Assembly: GCA_013115145.1 (NCBI GenBank) | Contig: JAAPAO010000116.1 | Coordinates: 7,823-71,822 of the forward strand | DNA from: Perkinsus chesapeaki ATCC PRA-425 | Taxonomy: Eukaryota; Protista; Perkinsozoa | Length of the DNA: 64,000 nt | Direction: 5' to 3' | Shown: in pieces, positions 1 through 11,196 of the stretch | Layout: every line of letters starts with the position of its first letter | Numbering within the stretch: the first letter of the stretch is position 1 | Program-made: the position numbers and the translations under genes | Notes under the pieces: generated by a model | What the model saw: the letters and a program-made list of their open reading frames with translations, nothing else | What the model was told of the DNA's origin: nothing | Databases searched by the model: none

Positions 1-3000
1 GCAGACCATTTTTGACCCAAGTCAAGAGTGTTCACGAGAATCGTAAGAGACGTGAATTACGCTGCCTCCGGCGGCTTCCACCCGGTGAACCAGTAACTGG
101 AAACAATGCTAAGCCCTCGTGGAGATTGTGGCCGAGCGATGCCTGCCAATTCTCATGTATTTTGGTGGTGGAGAGTGGCCCTCCGGGAGAGTTGCTCTGC
201 AGCTTTTACGGCGTATGCTCAGCTGGCTCGTCTATTGATGCCTGGAAAGCACACGATCATCCTTACGATAGTCACCTATGCAGGTAAGAGCAGCTTTTGA
301 AGAGTTGCTTGACCACTGAGAATCAAAACATTGCCTGTTAGTTTTGGTTTAGAATCTAAATTTTAGATCTGTTACTGTTCCGCCCCCTCTGGTCGATCTA
401 GCGGCGAGAGCAATAAGTAAGGATCCAACGCTCACAGCAGGCGACATCAAAGAACTGTGGAATGCCAAGCGTGATCGAGGGCTTCTTGGTAGTCGCGAAA
501 GAGCATGGCTGGATCTGAAGGAAGATATGCCAGGCTACCCTGATGTCAAAGGTAGATCTAGGTAGAATGAAGACTCACTCACGAACTGTCTTTTCCTCTC
601 GTTAAACGGACTCAACCTAAGAGTCTCAGCCTGAGACTCTCAGGTAATATCAGGAATGTTGTCACATCAATAACTCGCCGTCGATTATATGGGCTGAAAC
701 TTGAACCTTTCCTAGAGAAGGTACAACGTGACATTGGCGAGAATCTTGCAGATCTTAACGTAAGTATGGAACAATGAAGGGCTTCCCCTGGGGTCTACGG
801 CGAGAGTAAAGCCTACTGAGTAGACTAATGACGAACTCTTATCTCTTTTATCTACGCATGTCCAACGCCCAGTAGGATACTAGCCGGTTTAAATTTTGAG
901 CGAGCCTTTGTCAATTCAATAATAAACACGGTATAATCAGCTATATCGACGACAAACCTTCATCATAACCACTGTTGTAGTATAGAGTCATAAGTATTGA
1001 GCTAGTCTCGTTGAGCACGAGAATCTATGTTCAAATAGAAGCTCGTAAACTCGCAAAAATTTTAGCCAATGTTTCTAAATTGAAGTCCAATTGAAATATC
1101 ACTAGATTTATATTATACAATATATAAGAGCTATTACACTATCACTAAAAATATAAAAATATAAGAATTACTAATGTTTAATTAATAAAATATTACTATA
1201 TATATAGTATACAATAGTATAGTTATAATGCTATATTATAATATAATATTATGCAACTTATATTGTTCCTATCACTAGTAGTGATTCACTACTAACACTA
1301 ATATAATAAGAATGATGCAAATGAAGGTATATAAATCTATATTAATAGTAAATATCTAAGGGAAATTTTGTAAAGCCTTGATTTCGCCGAGATTGATTGC
1401 AAATTGATTGCGATTGAATGATAACCGATTCTTACCGATAACCGATATTCAACCGATAACCTATTTGGATCGTTGCTAGGCATTTTTTGACCAGACTGCA
1501 TCATATCATTATATAAACATATTATTATATAGACTATATGACTATTTTTCATGTGTGTTAAAAAACATAGATTTCCTTTTCGCTTTGTGACAGGTATCAG
1601 ACATCATCGATGCTATAAAGCGAACAGGCTCAGAGGACGCCAGTGGGGTGGATGAGCACCTGCGGGATAAATCTAATATATGCTTGATGACTCCAAATCC
1701 CACCTTGAAAGTCGACGAAGAAGGGAATCTTCTAGAAATGGCGATAGGGTTTACTTCACCCCGAATGGTGCATAATTATTTGACTAGTGATGAGCTTGCT
1801 GCCGATGTGACCTTTAATCTGATAGCTGCGGAATGCTCGGTTTTCACCATGACCTCTATTAATGCTGCTGGAGCAGCTCGCCCAATTCTAGTAGGGTTGG
1901 TGAGAAGTGAAAACAGGCGCAGCATAGAAGATCTCCTGAAGTCTTTCCACGAGCTTATCAAGGATGCTGGTATCCGAGAATTACCTCGGATCACCCGCAC
2001 CATTCAAGATGGCTCCAAAGCTCTTCATGGTGCCTTATCTACCAGCTTCGAACAAGCATCCACAAGTTGCTGCTACTTTCACTTCATGCAAGCCGCCAAA
2101 AGAAAAAAACCACCGGGGATAAGGGCAGGCTTGTGGAGTGCGCTGAAGAGTGACCTGAGGACAATAAGTAAAGCCTCTAGTCAATCGGAATTCACCTCTC
2201 TCGTCGAGCTCCTCTTTCGTAAATGGAACGAGAAAGGCGAGACAAAAGCCATTGCTTTTCTCGAAGCTATGGCAAGCGGGGAATGGTTTGATGGTGGTAG
2301 CTTCCGTTCCCGGTGGGCCGCTTGTCACAATGATGGCGTGGGTGGGAGAACGAGTAACGGCATTGAAGTATTCCACAGATTCCTCAAGAAGACACTTCTC
2401 CGCTCTCGGAGGATGCGAACCTTATTGCAGTTTGCTTACGCCTTAGCAGGGGATGAGTGGAGATCCGTCTCGGCATACAATAAGCATCGAGTGGATGGCA
2501 GGATTGTTCACCAGTCAGATAGGGTATCGGCTCTGACCACTGTCTCGTTCTCGCCTCTGCCGAGGACTCTTCCCCCATCAGTGCGTGGTCCTTGTCAGAG
2601 GGCCTCTTGCCGCAGAGATGTCTGTTGTAAAGCATCTCATTACTTTGGTGTTGGTCAACACGTGTACGTATTCCGCGGCGATAAACCAAGTCGCGTTTCG
2701 GATTCCAGAATTGGGGTGGCTGACGACAAGCTATGTCTGAGAGTAACACAGAGCTACGATAACTTTGAGGTCGCGAAGAGGATAATGGACACCATATCAC
2801 TTGTTACCTTTACTACTACTGCTGCTGTCACCCGGCTTCCCCGGGATGGAGGTCCAAGGTGCACATGTGAATCTTACGCAGCAAGAAGCAAGTGCCCTCA
2901 TGTAGTAGCTTTGGGACGCCACTTCGGAGTTGATGACCAAGTAGCGTGGCAGAGAGCTGAAGCAAAACTTCAGAGAAAGCTTAGCAAAGGTGTAGCCGGG

Positions 3001-3480
3001 CCTGGTTTGAGGTTGAATGAAACTACGCGCTATGGAGGAACACGCCAGAGCCAGGCGCAGGCCCTCCGCGCCACCCAGTCCAGTATAAGAGCGAGAGGGC
3101 TCGATTGCTTCGATTGCCTCCGCATTCTATCCCTCTATCAGCTGAGCTACCTAAGATTAAGAAAAAAGAACTATCAGCGTGCTGTGGAGGCTATTTTGAC
3201 TCACCCGCAGTATACTGCTCAACGAAGAAATGCGCCTCCACTGGGTGGTGGCATATTGACTGCGCTGAAGCTTGGTGTATGGCAACGGGTTACCCATTGC
3301 CTGATCTGGCGAATCGCAGAAAGCCTTGGCACTGTCCGAGATGTAGACCTACCGGTAAAGATTCGAGAAAGAGGCGAAGGGATGAACTATGTTCCAGCTC
3401 AGAGTCCTCGCCCTAGAATCTTTCATAGCGAGCTCTTTGGCAGTATATTTGCAGTATTTTGGGGGCTGCTACATCAATAG
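1..3480 (+). mobile_element. Mutator-like (MULE) transposase gene, spliced, 5' end outside window
   Basis: The ORF 1648-3480 has the MULE motifs ADVTFN (D), QDGSKAL (D), CCYFH (CxxH) and TSNGIEVFH (E), plus a SWIM finger CTCESYAARSKCPH. Upstream exons splice in frame at GT-AG sites: <1-~283 (C..C..HDH finger-like), ~405-551, 644-759 and 1594-3480. Confidence 0.85.
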
Positions 3481-4477
3481 TTAGTTTGTGAAGATAATGA
3501 CAACTGATGATTCCATGCATTATGCACGACAGTATCATGATGACACTACCGATAAGTATGCATTATTTACTAATTCGTGAATTTTTAGTTTCGATCAGCG
3601 CGCTTCTGCTGTTGAGCTGCCCAGTGAGTCACTGATGATTGCCCCCGAGACCATATCCAAGGATGATTGATCTCCAGGGCTCTAGTAATTCGCCGGTTGT
3701 TCAATGTTACTCATTCAATGAATTTTACTGTTGCTCACTGAGCAATGCTCAGACTGCATGATCCGCTCACGATGTGACTCCAGTTGGCATCCACCCCACG
3801 TGACACGACGGTGTACGCATTATGTCCTCTAATACCATCTATAGTATAGATTCTAATCTCGTGCTCTGGGGGGAGACTCTTCCCCTTTGCCGCATTCCGT
3901 CGCTCAATTTAGCATGTGCAATTTCGGGGAGTATAATTCATCATAAGAGACGAATAACCCGTAGGATTCGAAGCTTGCTGGGATGACTGGCACCCCAAAT
4001 ACCTTGAAAACTTTAAGTTGAAACGCGCGCAAAAAATGTGCTGCGGTACGGGTTTGAGCGGCGCCTAGGACGTTCCTTTGACTGACGAAGGCGACGAACT
4101 ATTCCCTTGATTACATACAGTAGTGTTAAAACGACTACTAGCTCCTACTTCGCCTTAGCACGCTTGTCCTACCCTTGGTAGACTACTGGGTAGTACGACT
4201 ACTACCCTTGGTAGACCGCAGTAGCTGCAGTTACTTGTTCAAGACTCTAACTTGAGTTACTCACGCTCGTGATGCTTATCAGTGTCCTGGTAATGGTATT
4301 CTGATGACCCTCTTGTACCTTTGCGACAGTCGTCGACCGACTGTATACGATAGTCTATACCTAGAACACCAAGTCTTCAACATCCAGCTTGCTCACCAAG
4401 CTTTTCAACAAGCCTTGTTGAGTACTGTGATCTGTTGCTATTGTCAATGCAACGATCCGAGAAACTAATTCTTCGAA

Positions 4478-4550
4478 AGCTCGTTTAGTCAACTGGTAGA
4501 GCTCCCGACAAGGACGCAGAACAACCCAGGTTCGATCCCTGCAATAGCCA
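4478..4550 (+). pseudogene. Degenerate tRNA-derived sequence (A box + B box)
   Basis: TAG-TCAACTGGTAGAGC (D arm missing 1 nt), then exactly 23 nt, then CCAGG TTCGATC CCTGC AATAGCC A. The spacing is tRNA-like but the anticodon stem does not pair. Confidence 0.55.
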
Positions 4551-5700
4551 TATGAGAGAATGATTGGGAACGTAGCTTGCGGGTGGCTGGCTGGTATCGC
4601 TTAAGTAATGCCAAGGGGATAGCTGTTGTTGCCTTGGGAATCTTAGCCTACAAGCGCGACTCTCGGGCATACAGTATTGTTCATGCGCACACGTGCAGCG
4701 CGAAACGTTCGTGCAAGTGCAAGAAAGTTGAAAAGTGAGCACACAAAGGTAGATCCGGGCATCTCTTAAAGAAAGTCTCTTCCATGAGCTTCTAACTCGC
4801 GTGATGAAGTCCCGCAAGGCTCGATCATACTTCGAAGGGCAAGTCGTCGAGTGGACATTAGTATAGCAGCCTATTTTTGCGTCGACAAATACGACGGCCC
4901 TCTGTGGCCTCTGAGGGCAAGGCCGAAGGTGGCGAGACTTTCAATATTTCCGCATTAGGGCCTCGTCAGGTCATTCTATGACCTATGGGCGGCCGTAGGC
5001 CGCCCGCAGTGCCTTTGGCTGTTAGTGGCTGAAAAAAATGACCTTGGTGTTGGCAGACCCTCTTTGTGGTGCTGTGTGACCCAGGATGCCCTTCACACTC
5101 CCGAAAAGATGAACACCTCATCGCCTTCCCGTTCACATTTCGTGAATCACAAATGACTAGGATGTAGTCAATGGGCAAGTTGTCCAGGGTTCAAACTATC
5201 CTTGTTGCAGTCCGTCAATTGCTGAGGAAAAGGCGCCGATCGAGGGCCTTATTCAGGAAAGGAGCAGATCCTCCATCGCACGTCACGTGCGGCAGGTGCA
5301 CTTCGCTAAAATTGGCCAACTCTAGCACAAAGCCTACATCAAGACGCAAGAAAAAAATTGAAATGACAATTGAATTCAATGCATGGGAGTCGGCCGCCAC
5401 GTGCTAGAGTGGCGTAGCCGATCTCTACGTGGCGCCGTAGAGCCTGGCCACCCCTACGATTGCGCTCTTAATTTAGCGCACGCCAATCTAATCTATTTAC
5501 TACTTTGCGAGTTGAGTTAAATGAGACATGGGTCGTTTAACGGTGCAAGATATAAGTTAGTTATAGTTATAGGCCAGTACCATCGTGTCCAGTGAACTAG
5601 ACGATGAGTCTTGATATCTGTAACTGAGTTGAGCCCCGGCTAGGAACACTGGAAGTCTGACCGCTGCTTTTCTGTCAGCAAGATATAACTTCCTCCCCAA

Positions 5701-7630
5701 ATGTCATCAACTGTTCCAGAATCAGGGACTGCTGAGGAAGGTGTCGAACACATCACGGAGGAGACTGCAGTGGCGACTGATCCATCCCAGGTAGCCTTCA
5801 GACGATACAAGCCCTCAGGGAGTCATTTTAGGGAACCAACTCTCAAATTCCTGAGGTAGAAACCAAAGCAACGCCTGCCGCGGGGGAGAAGAGGCCGCGA
5901 GAGGATGAGCTGGAAACCAGCGTTGAGTCTTCTAATGAAGAGCCGCCTGCTAAAAAGGTCGCTGGTGAGGGAGAAGGGGAAGTAACTAAGAAAGATACTG
6001 AGGTGCATGCTTCAACCGCGGATACCACTCCCGAAATCAACGATCTGCCGACTGAAGCACCGGGGCCTGGTAGTACTGGCTGCTGATGAGGTACTCTCTA
6101 CCGTTCGCCTTAGGAGCATCTCCAGCTGCCCCCATCGGGCCTTTGCCGAAGACAAGTGCCTCGCCCATGGCTGTTCCCATTGGCCCAGCTGGGCCGCCGC
6201 CGCTCCCGTCCATGTCTCATCCTTCTCACATGACCAACCATCAATGGGGAGCTGATGCTGGACCCTTCCGTGATAGTGTGAAGGTCCCCCAGCACTGTGT
6301 GGCTCAAATCATCGGACGCGGTGGTGCCAATTTGATGAGTACTCGTAACACTACTAGATGCCACATTGAGGTGAGTCGCTGAGGCCACTAGGTGTCCGAA
6401 GTTTTACGTCTTAGTGCGATCAACGTACCAAAGATGAGGGTTACTCTTTCTTCCATATCGATGCGGAGACCAAGGACAGTCTGATGGTAATAAGGAATCA
6501 TTCGCTGTAGCATCTTTGCTGACATTTAGCGTGGTGTTCGAGCCATTGAGCGACAGACTAAGCCAATGCACCCTCTTGAGGGGGAAGTGCAGCAAGTCGT
6601 CATTGTTCCAGACGAGCGCGTTGGTGACATCCTCGGGCCTCGGGGATGCGTTGTCAAGGTAAGCTTGGTGGAAAGAGTCGCAGTTGTTGTTGATGGCGTC
6701 CAGGTTATATCTGACCAGACCGGTGGTCGAATCGACATACAACAGCGTGGCCTCCAACGTGGCGAACCTCGCGAGTGCAGAGTGGTCGGAACGCCCGAGG
6801 AGGTTCAAGCTGGCATCCAGATGATCGAGGGCATCCGAGATGGGAGCATCGACGTCAAGTCTATAATCAGGGACTTTGAGGAGGCTAATCCAGCCTTCAG
6901 GCGCGAGCAGGAGATGCGGAACTCGGGAGGCGGGTGGATGTCGGGCGGCAAGGGGAATGGTCCTATGTGGGACAGCCCCTACGGTGCGCACAACTCGATG
7001 CCACAGCAACAGCAGCAGTCACACTATGGCTCTCAACCTGGCATGGATCAATGGTCACATCTCTTACCGGCATCAGGCCCGGTGGACAGAGCTGTTATTG
7101 ATGTGCCTGCCGACTGCGCAGGGATGGTGATTGGTCGAGGTGGAGAGAATATTAAGGGTTTACAGGCTGAGTGTAGCCTATCTGAATGCCAGATAGAGAA
7201 GGGTATCGATCAGAGAACACCTCGTAAGATGACATTACAAGGCCCGGCAACTGGTGTGCAAGCGGCGCTCATGCAGTTGTCTATGAAGACCAACGGCAGG
7301 ATTGTCACCATAGTCCAGCCGCAACACGGAGGGTATCAGCCTCAGCCGATGATGCAACAACAGCCACAACAACAACCCCAAGGGATGATGCCGCAAGGTT
7401 ATGGTATGCAACAGCAGCAAGGCGGGTATAATATGGGTATGCCCTACCAGCAGCAGCAACAACCACAGCCGGCTCCTGCTCCTATGGACCCAATGGCTCA
7501 ATACTACTCCCAATGGGCCAATTATCAGCAGCAAATGAATGTTAATAACCAGCAGAACGCCCAGGCGTGGAAGAACTACTACGCTTCAATTGGCAACCCC
7601 CAAACGCCTCCATACCGTGGCGGCCAGTAA
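5701..7630 (+). CDS. KH-domain RNA-binding protein (FUBP/KHSRP/PSI-like), 3 KH domains and a Q-rich tail, spliced
   Basis: GxxG loops IIGRGGAN, ILGPRGCVVK and VIGRGGENIK. ATG at 5701, short GT-AG introns, Q/P-rich C-terminus with AWKNYY, TAA at 7630. Confidence 0.85.
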
Positions 7631-8403
7631 CTACGTCTCCTCTTCCTTCTTCGACTGCCGCTCGCATGCTCGGACATACTGGTCCAGAGGGTAAGTCTAC
7701 TAAAGCGTTTTATAAAATTTGGTGACTATTATTAAGGTGACGGGCTGCTGCTGGTGTTGTTGTTGGCCTCCTCCTCGATGGTGTAGCAGCCTCTTGTTGG
7801 CGTCCTCCTCCTCCTTGCGTCGCGCTGCGTTCTCATCAGGGTCTCCTCGGGTCGGCTTCTCACAAGTTTTCGCTCTTCCCTCTATGGTTTGCCCTCCGCG
7901 TCTTTCGCCCAAGCTCTCTATCTCTCGCGTCGTTCAGATCAGACTCCTTACAACCGACCGATCGTCTCGTGTCCAGCCATGTAAGAATTCAGCTTGATCT
8001 CTCATCAAGTGAGTAAAGGGTCCACGACTGCTCATCTCGCTTTGTAGGACATCGCACCCGGTGCTGCTGCCGCTTGTCTTTGCGTTTCCGGCTTGTTCCG
8101 TGATGGTGCGTCTTGTTGCTTTTTCGCTGGTCATCGTTATGGTAAGGGCTCCTCCCCTCAATCTTCGCCGTGGACGATATCTTTCAGGTCCCCCTTATCG
8201 AGTTCGATCATTAATGTTTAGTCGGCTTTTGCCGAGCTGCCTGAGTGCCCCACTTTTCCTCGTTGCGTTGCATCAATCCGTCCAGTATCCTGTTCTTGAA
8301 GCACTCTCTGTGTGCTAGCTTCCCCGCTCTAGTCCTTCAACCTACCCCTATCCGCGGGCCCCCACCAATTCCCGTCACTGCAGTTTTCCGACTTCCTCGT
8401 CCC

Positions 8404-9724
8404 ATGTTTTCCTCTGTGGTGCCGCGCAGCTCCGGTGCTGCCGCCGCTCCCCTGTCCCGTCTTGCCGCTCGGGCTTTTTCCTTCACTGCTCGCGTCTGGG
8501 TCGACAAGAACACCAAGGTCATCTGCCAGGTAGGATGCATTCATTGCATTTCAGCAGTCCGTCGGTTAGGGTTTGACCGGCAAGCAAGGAACCTTCCACA
8601 CCGCGCAGGCGATCGATTACGGCACCAAGATGGTCGGAGGAGTTAACCCTAAGAAGGCCGGAACTACCCATAATGTTGGTGGAAAGGTAACCACGATTGG
8701 AGCTCAGGTTCGGCTTGGTGGTGGATTATATCACTTTAGGACTTGCCCATTTTTGCTAATGTGATGGAAGCGCGACAAGCTACAGGAGCTGACGCGACCG
8801 TCGTTTACGTTCCTCCTCCAGGTGCGGCCTCAGCTTGCTTGGAGGCCATCGAGGTAGACGTACTCTAGTCGTGGAAGTGGCTCATTTTGTTTCAGGCTGA
8901 GATACCGCTGTTGGTCTGCATCACGGAGGGCATTCCTCAGCATGACATGGTCAAGGTCAGTTGGTGACGCGAAGTTTTTCGGTAATTATCGCTATCAGGT
9001 TAAAGCGGCGCTGAAGATGGCTGGAGGCAAGACTCGGCTCATCGGCCCCAACTGCCCGGGCATCATCAAGCCTGGTGAATGCAAAATCGGCATAATGCCA
9101 GGATACATTCATAAGAAGGGCAAGATCGGAGTGGTTTCCAGGTGAGCGCTTCGGAGAACTCGAAGGTGAAGAAGCTGTGTGTTTTTGACAGGTCCGGCAC
9201 CCTAACGTATGAAGCTGTGAACCAAACGACTGAGGTTGGTTTGGGTCAGAGCACCGTCGTTGGCATCGGCGGTGACCCTTTCAACGGTACCAATTTTATT
9301 GATTGTTTGGAGAGGTTCGTAGAGGATCCTCAAACCGAAGGTGACCAATCCTTCACCTGATACCGTCTATCCTCTTCATGTTCAGGTATAATTTTAATCG
9401 GCGAAATCGGAGGTGCTGCTGAAGAGGAGGCCGCTGAGTGGTTGAAGCAGCATAATAAGGAGAAGAAGCCCGTCGTCTCATTCATCGCGGGAGTAACTGC
9501 GCCGCCTGGACGAAGGTAGGTGTTCGAAAGCAAGTCTGTGGAATGAGAAAGTGCTCTTTAGGATGGGTCATGCTGGAGCCATCATTTCTGGTGGCAAGGG
9601 GACAGCTGCCACAAAGATCGCCGCCTTGGAGGACTGTGGAGCTAGCGTGGTGCGTTCACCTGCCGACTTGGGCGTTAGAATGCTCGAGATGTACAAGCAG
9701 CGTTACCCCGACAGATCGATATGA
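8404..9724 (+). CDS. SUCLG1: Succinyl-CoA ligase alpha subunit, mitochondrial, spliced
   Basis: Arg/Ser/Ala-rich presequence, then NTKVICQ|[56 protein letters not shown] and MGHAGAII (phospho-His motif). TGA at 9722-9724. Confidence 0.95.
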
Positions 9725-10292
9725 TCGTTATATTCATCCCTACTTCATCATAAATGCTTATAATAACATTGTGTCTGATGATGCTCAACAGCAATAGTTT
9801 TTAGAAAGTGCTCTTGTGTCTTTAGAGACTATCAAGGTTATCAAAGATCTCCATTGAGGTTGAGTTGTTAAGAGTGAAGGTTATCGTGACAGACATACAA
9901 GCTTCAATAAACATACGATAAAGAACGCGTACTGCGAACGTATTCCGTCTAAAACGCGATGTGCTGTCAACTGGCGAATGCTTGCAAATTTCAATAACAT
10001 ATAGTGTGCGACGTGGAGGCCACATCATGCTCGCTAGCCATGAAAACAGTCAGGCTACACCTTACCGCTACCACCTTCAAAGTTGTCCCTTCTCCTGGAA
10101 CCCTGATATATTAAAGTCCTTCTCGTCTGGTGTTTCGAAGTCACCAACGGTGACTTCAACGGTGTCACACATTTCGTCTACTGTCGTCGTCCAACCCTAT
10201 CGCCTTGGGCTCGAATAGTCTCACGTGCTTTAAGAGGTATCCAACTGTCAGAGAGAATCTTGTTTAATAACGTCGTATTCGAAGCCCTATAA

Positions 10293-10791
10293 ATGCTACC
10301 GAGCTTCAACCTGCTGTCGTTGGTCGTTCTGACAGTACTAGGCCGTACCAACGGTCAGGAACCCATTACCCAACCATCAGCAGATCATCCAACTTTCATG
10401 TCAATGAAGGGTAAGGCATTTCCAAACACGTAATCCAAATCCGACCATTACTGCATCTTGGTACTTTACGTTTTTTGAAAACCTTCGAGTTTTCTTCCGC
10501 CAGCATGGAAATAGGTGCTCTTCGATCCCTCATCATTTCTCAGTCCGGCCACCATATGCTCGCTGTTACCAATTTCAAGTATGTTACAGTTGTAGATAAA
10601 GTTCGCATGATATTCCTTTCAGCAAATTCATCAGAATTATCGCCCCATAGAAATTGAAGGACAACGAAGACACTGAAGATTCGCATACTAGATCGTCACC
10701 GCGACCAGAAGAGACACCTGGAAGTCTTGGACAATCGCCAATTCCGGTAGTTGTCCGTATTGAATACAAGGATATGAGTATCAAAGCATAG
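10293..10791 (+). CDS. Putative small secreted protein (3 exons, ~124 aa), not in the ORF track
   Basis: Exons 10293-10429, 10504-10600 and 10651-10791 join in frame at GT-AG introns of 74 and 50 nt. The N-terminus MLPSFNLLSLVVLTVLGRTNGQ resembles a signal peptide. Confidence 0.5.
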
Positions 10792-10990
10792 TCCCAGGGA
10801 ATAGAAGTTGAGATCTGCCATCCTCGCGACGCCGGTGACAGTCACTATTCGCCAACCATTGCATCCGAAGCTGAAGAGCACTCAGTTGCACAGGCTCAAC
10901 AGACGCAGCATTCGACTTGTCCTTTTTTCTCTCCGCGCTAACTTCGATCATGAGATTTCACTACAGGATACCACCATATCTAAAGATGTA
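10745..10990 (-). pseudogene. Fragment of a third GH18-like paralogue
   Basis: Translates GVARMADLNFYSLGLCFDTHILVFNTDNY, homologous to GLARIADLNFVALRPRYDDQTPVFNTDTY in the copy at 11.2-12.4 kb. Confidence 0.6.
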
Positions 10991-11196
10991 TCAGAGGTGC
11001 AGGGAGATGCCTTTATAAGCCATTGACGATAAGACATAGCAACAAAACACGCAACACACATGAAAAAATATGAAGTTGGACGACCTTACTCTGAAAAGTG
11101 CACCGATGGGCAAACTGAAGTGATTCACCGGACTCTAAACTTGGACGTCAGCTCGTAGTGTTCTGGGAGCGGTCAAGTGAAAACACAAGGAAACTC

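Noticed and set aside
1-21. GCAGACCATTTTTGACCCAAG resembles the dinoflagellate/Perkinsus spliced leader (CCGTAGCCATTTTGGCTCAAG)
   Set aside because: Several mismatches, it lies within an apparent coding exon, and no SL intron or Sm site follows. No true SL match was seen in the window.
5215-5400. VTCDGGSAPFLNKAL as a hAT/integrase catalytic fragment
   Set aside because: The match is too short, it is flanked by stops, and there are no other supporting motifs.
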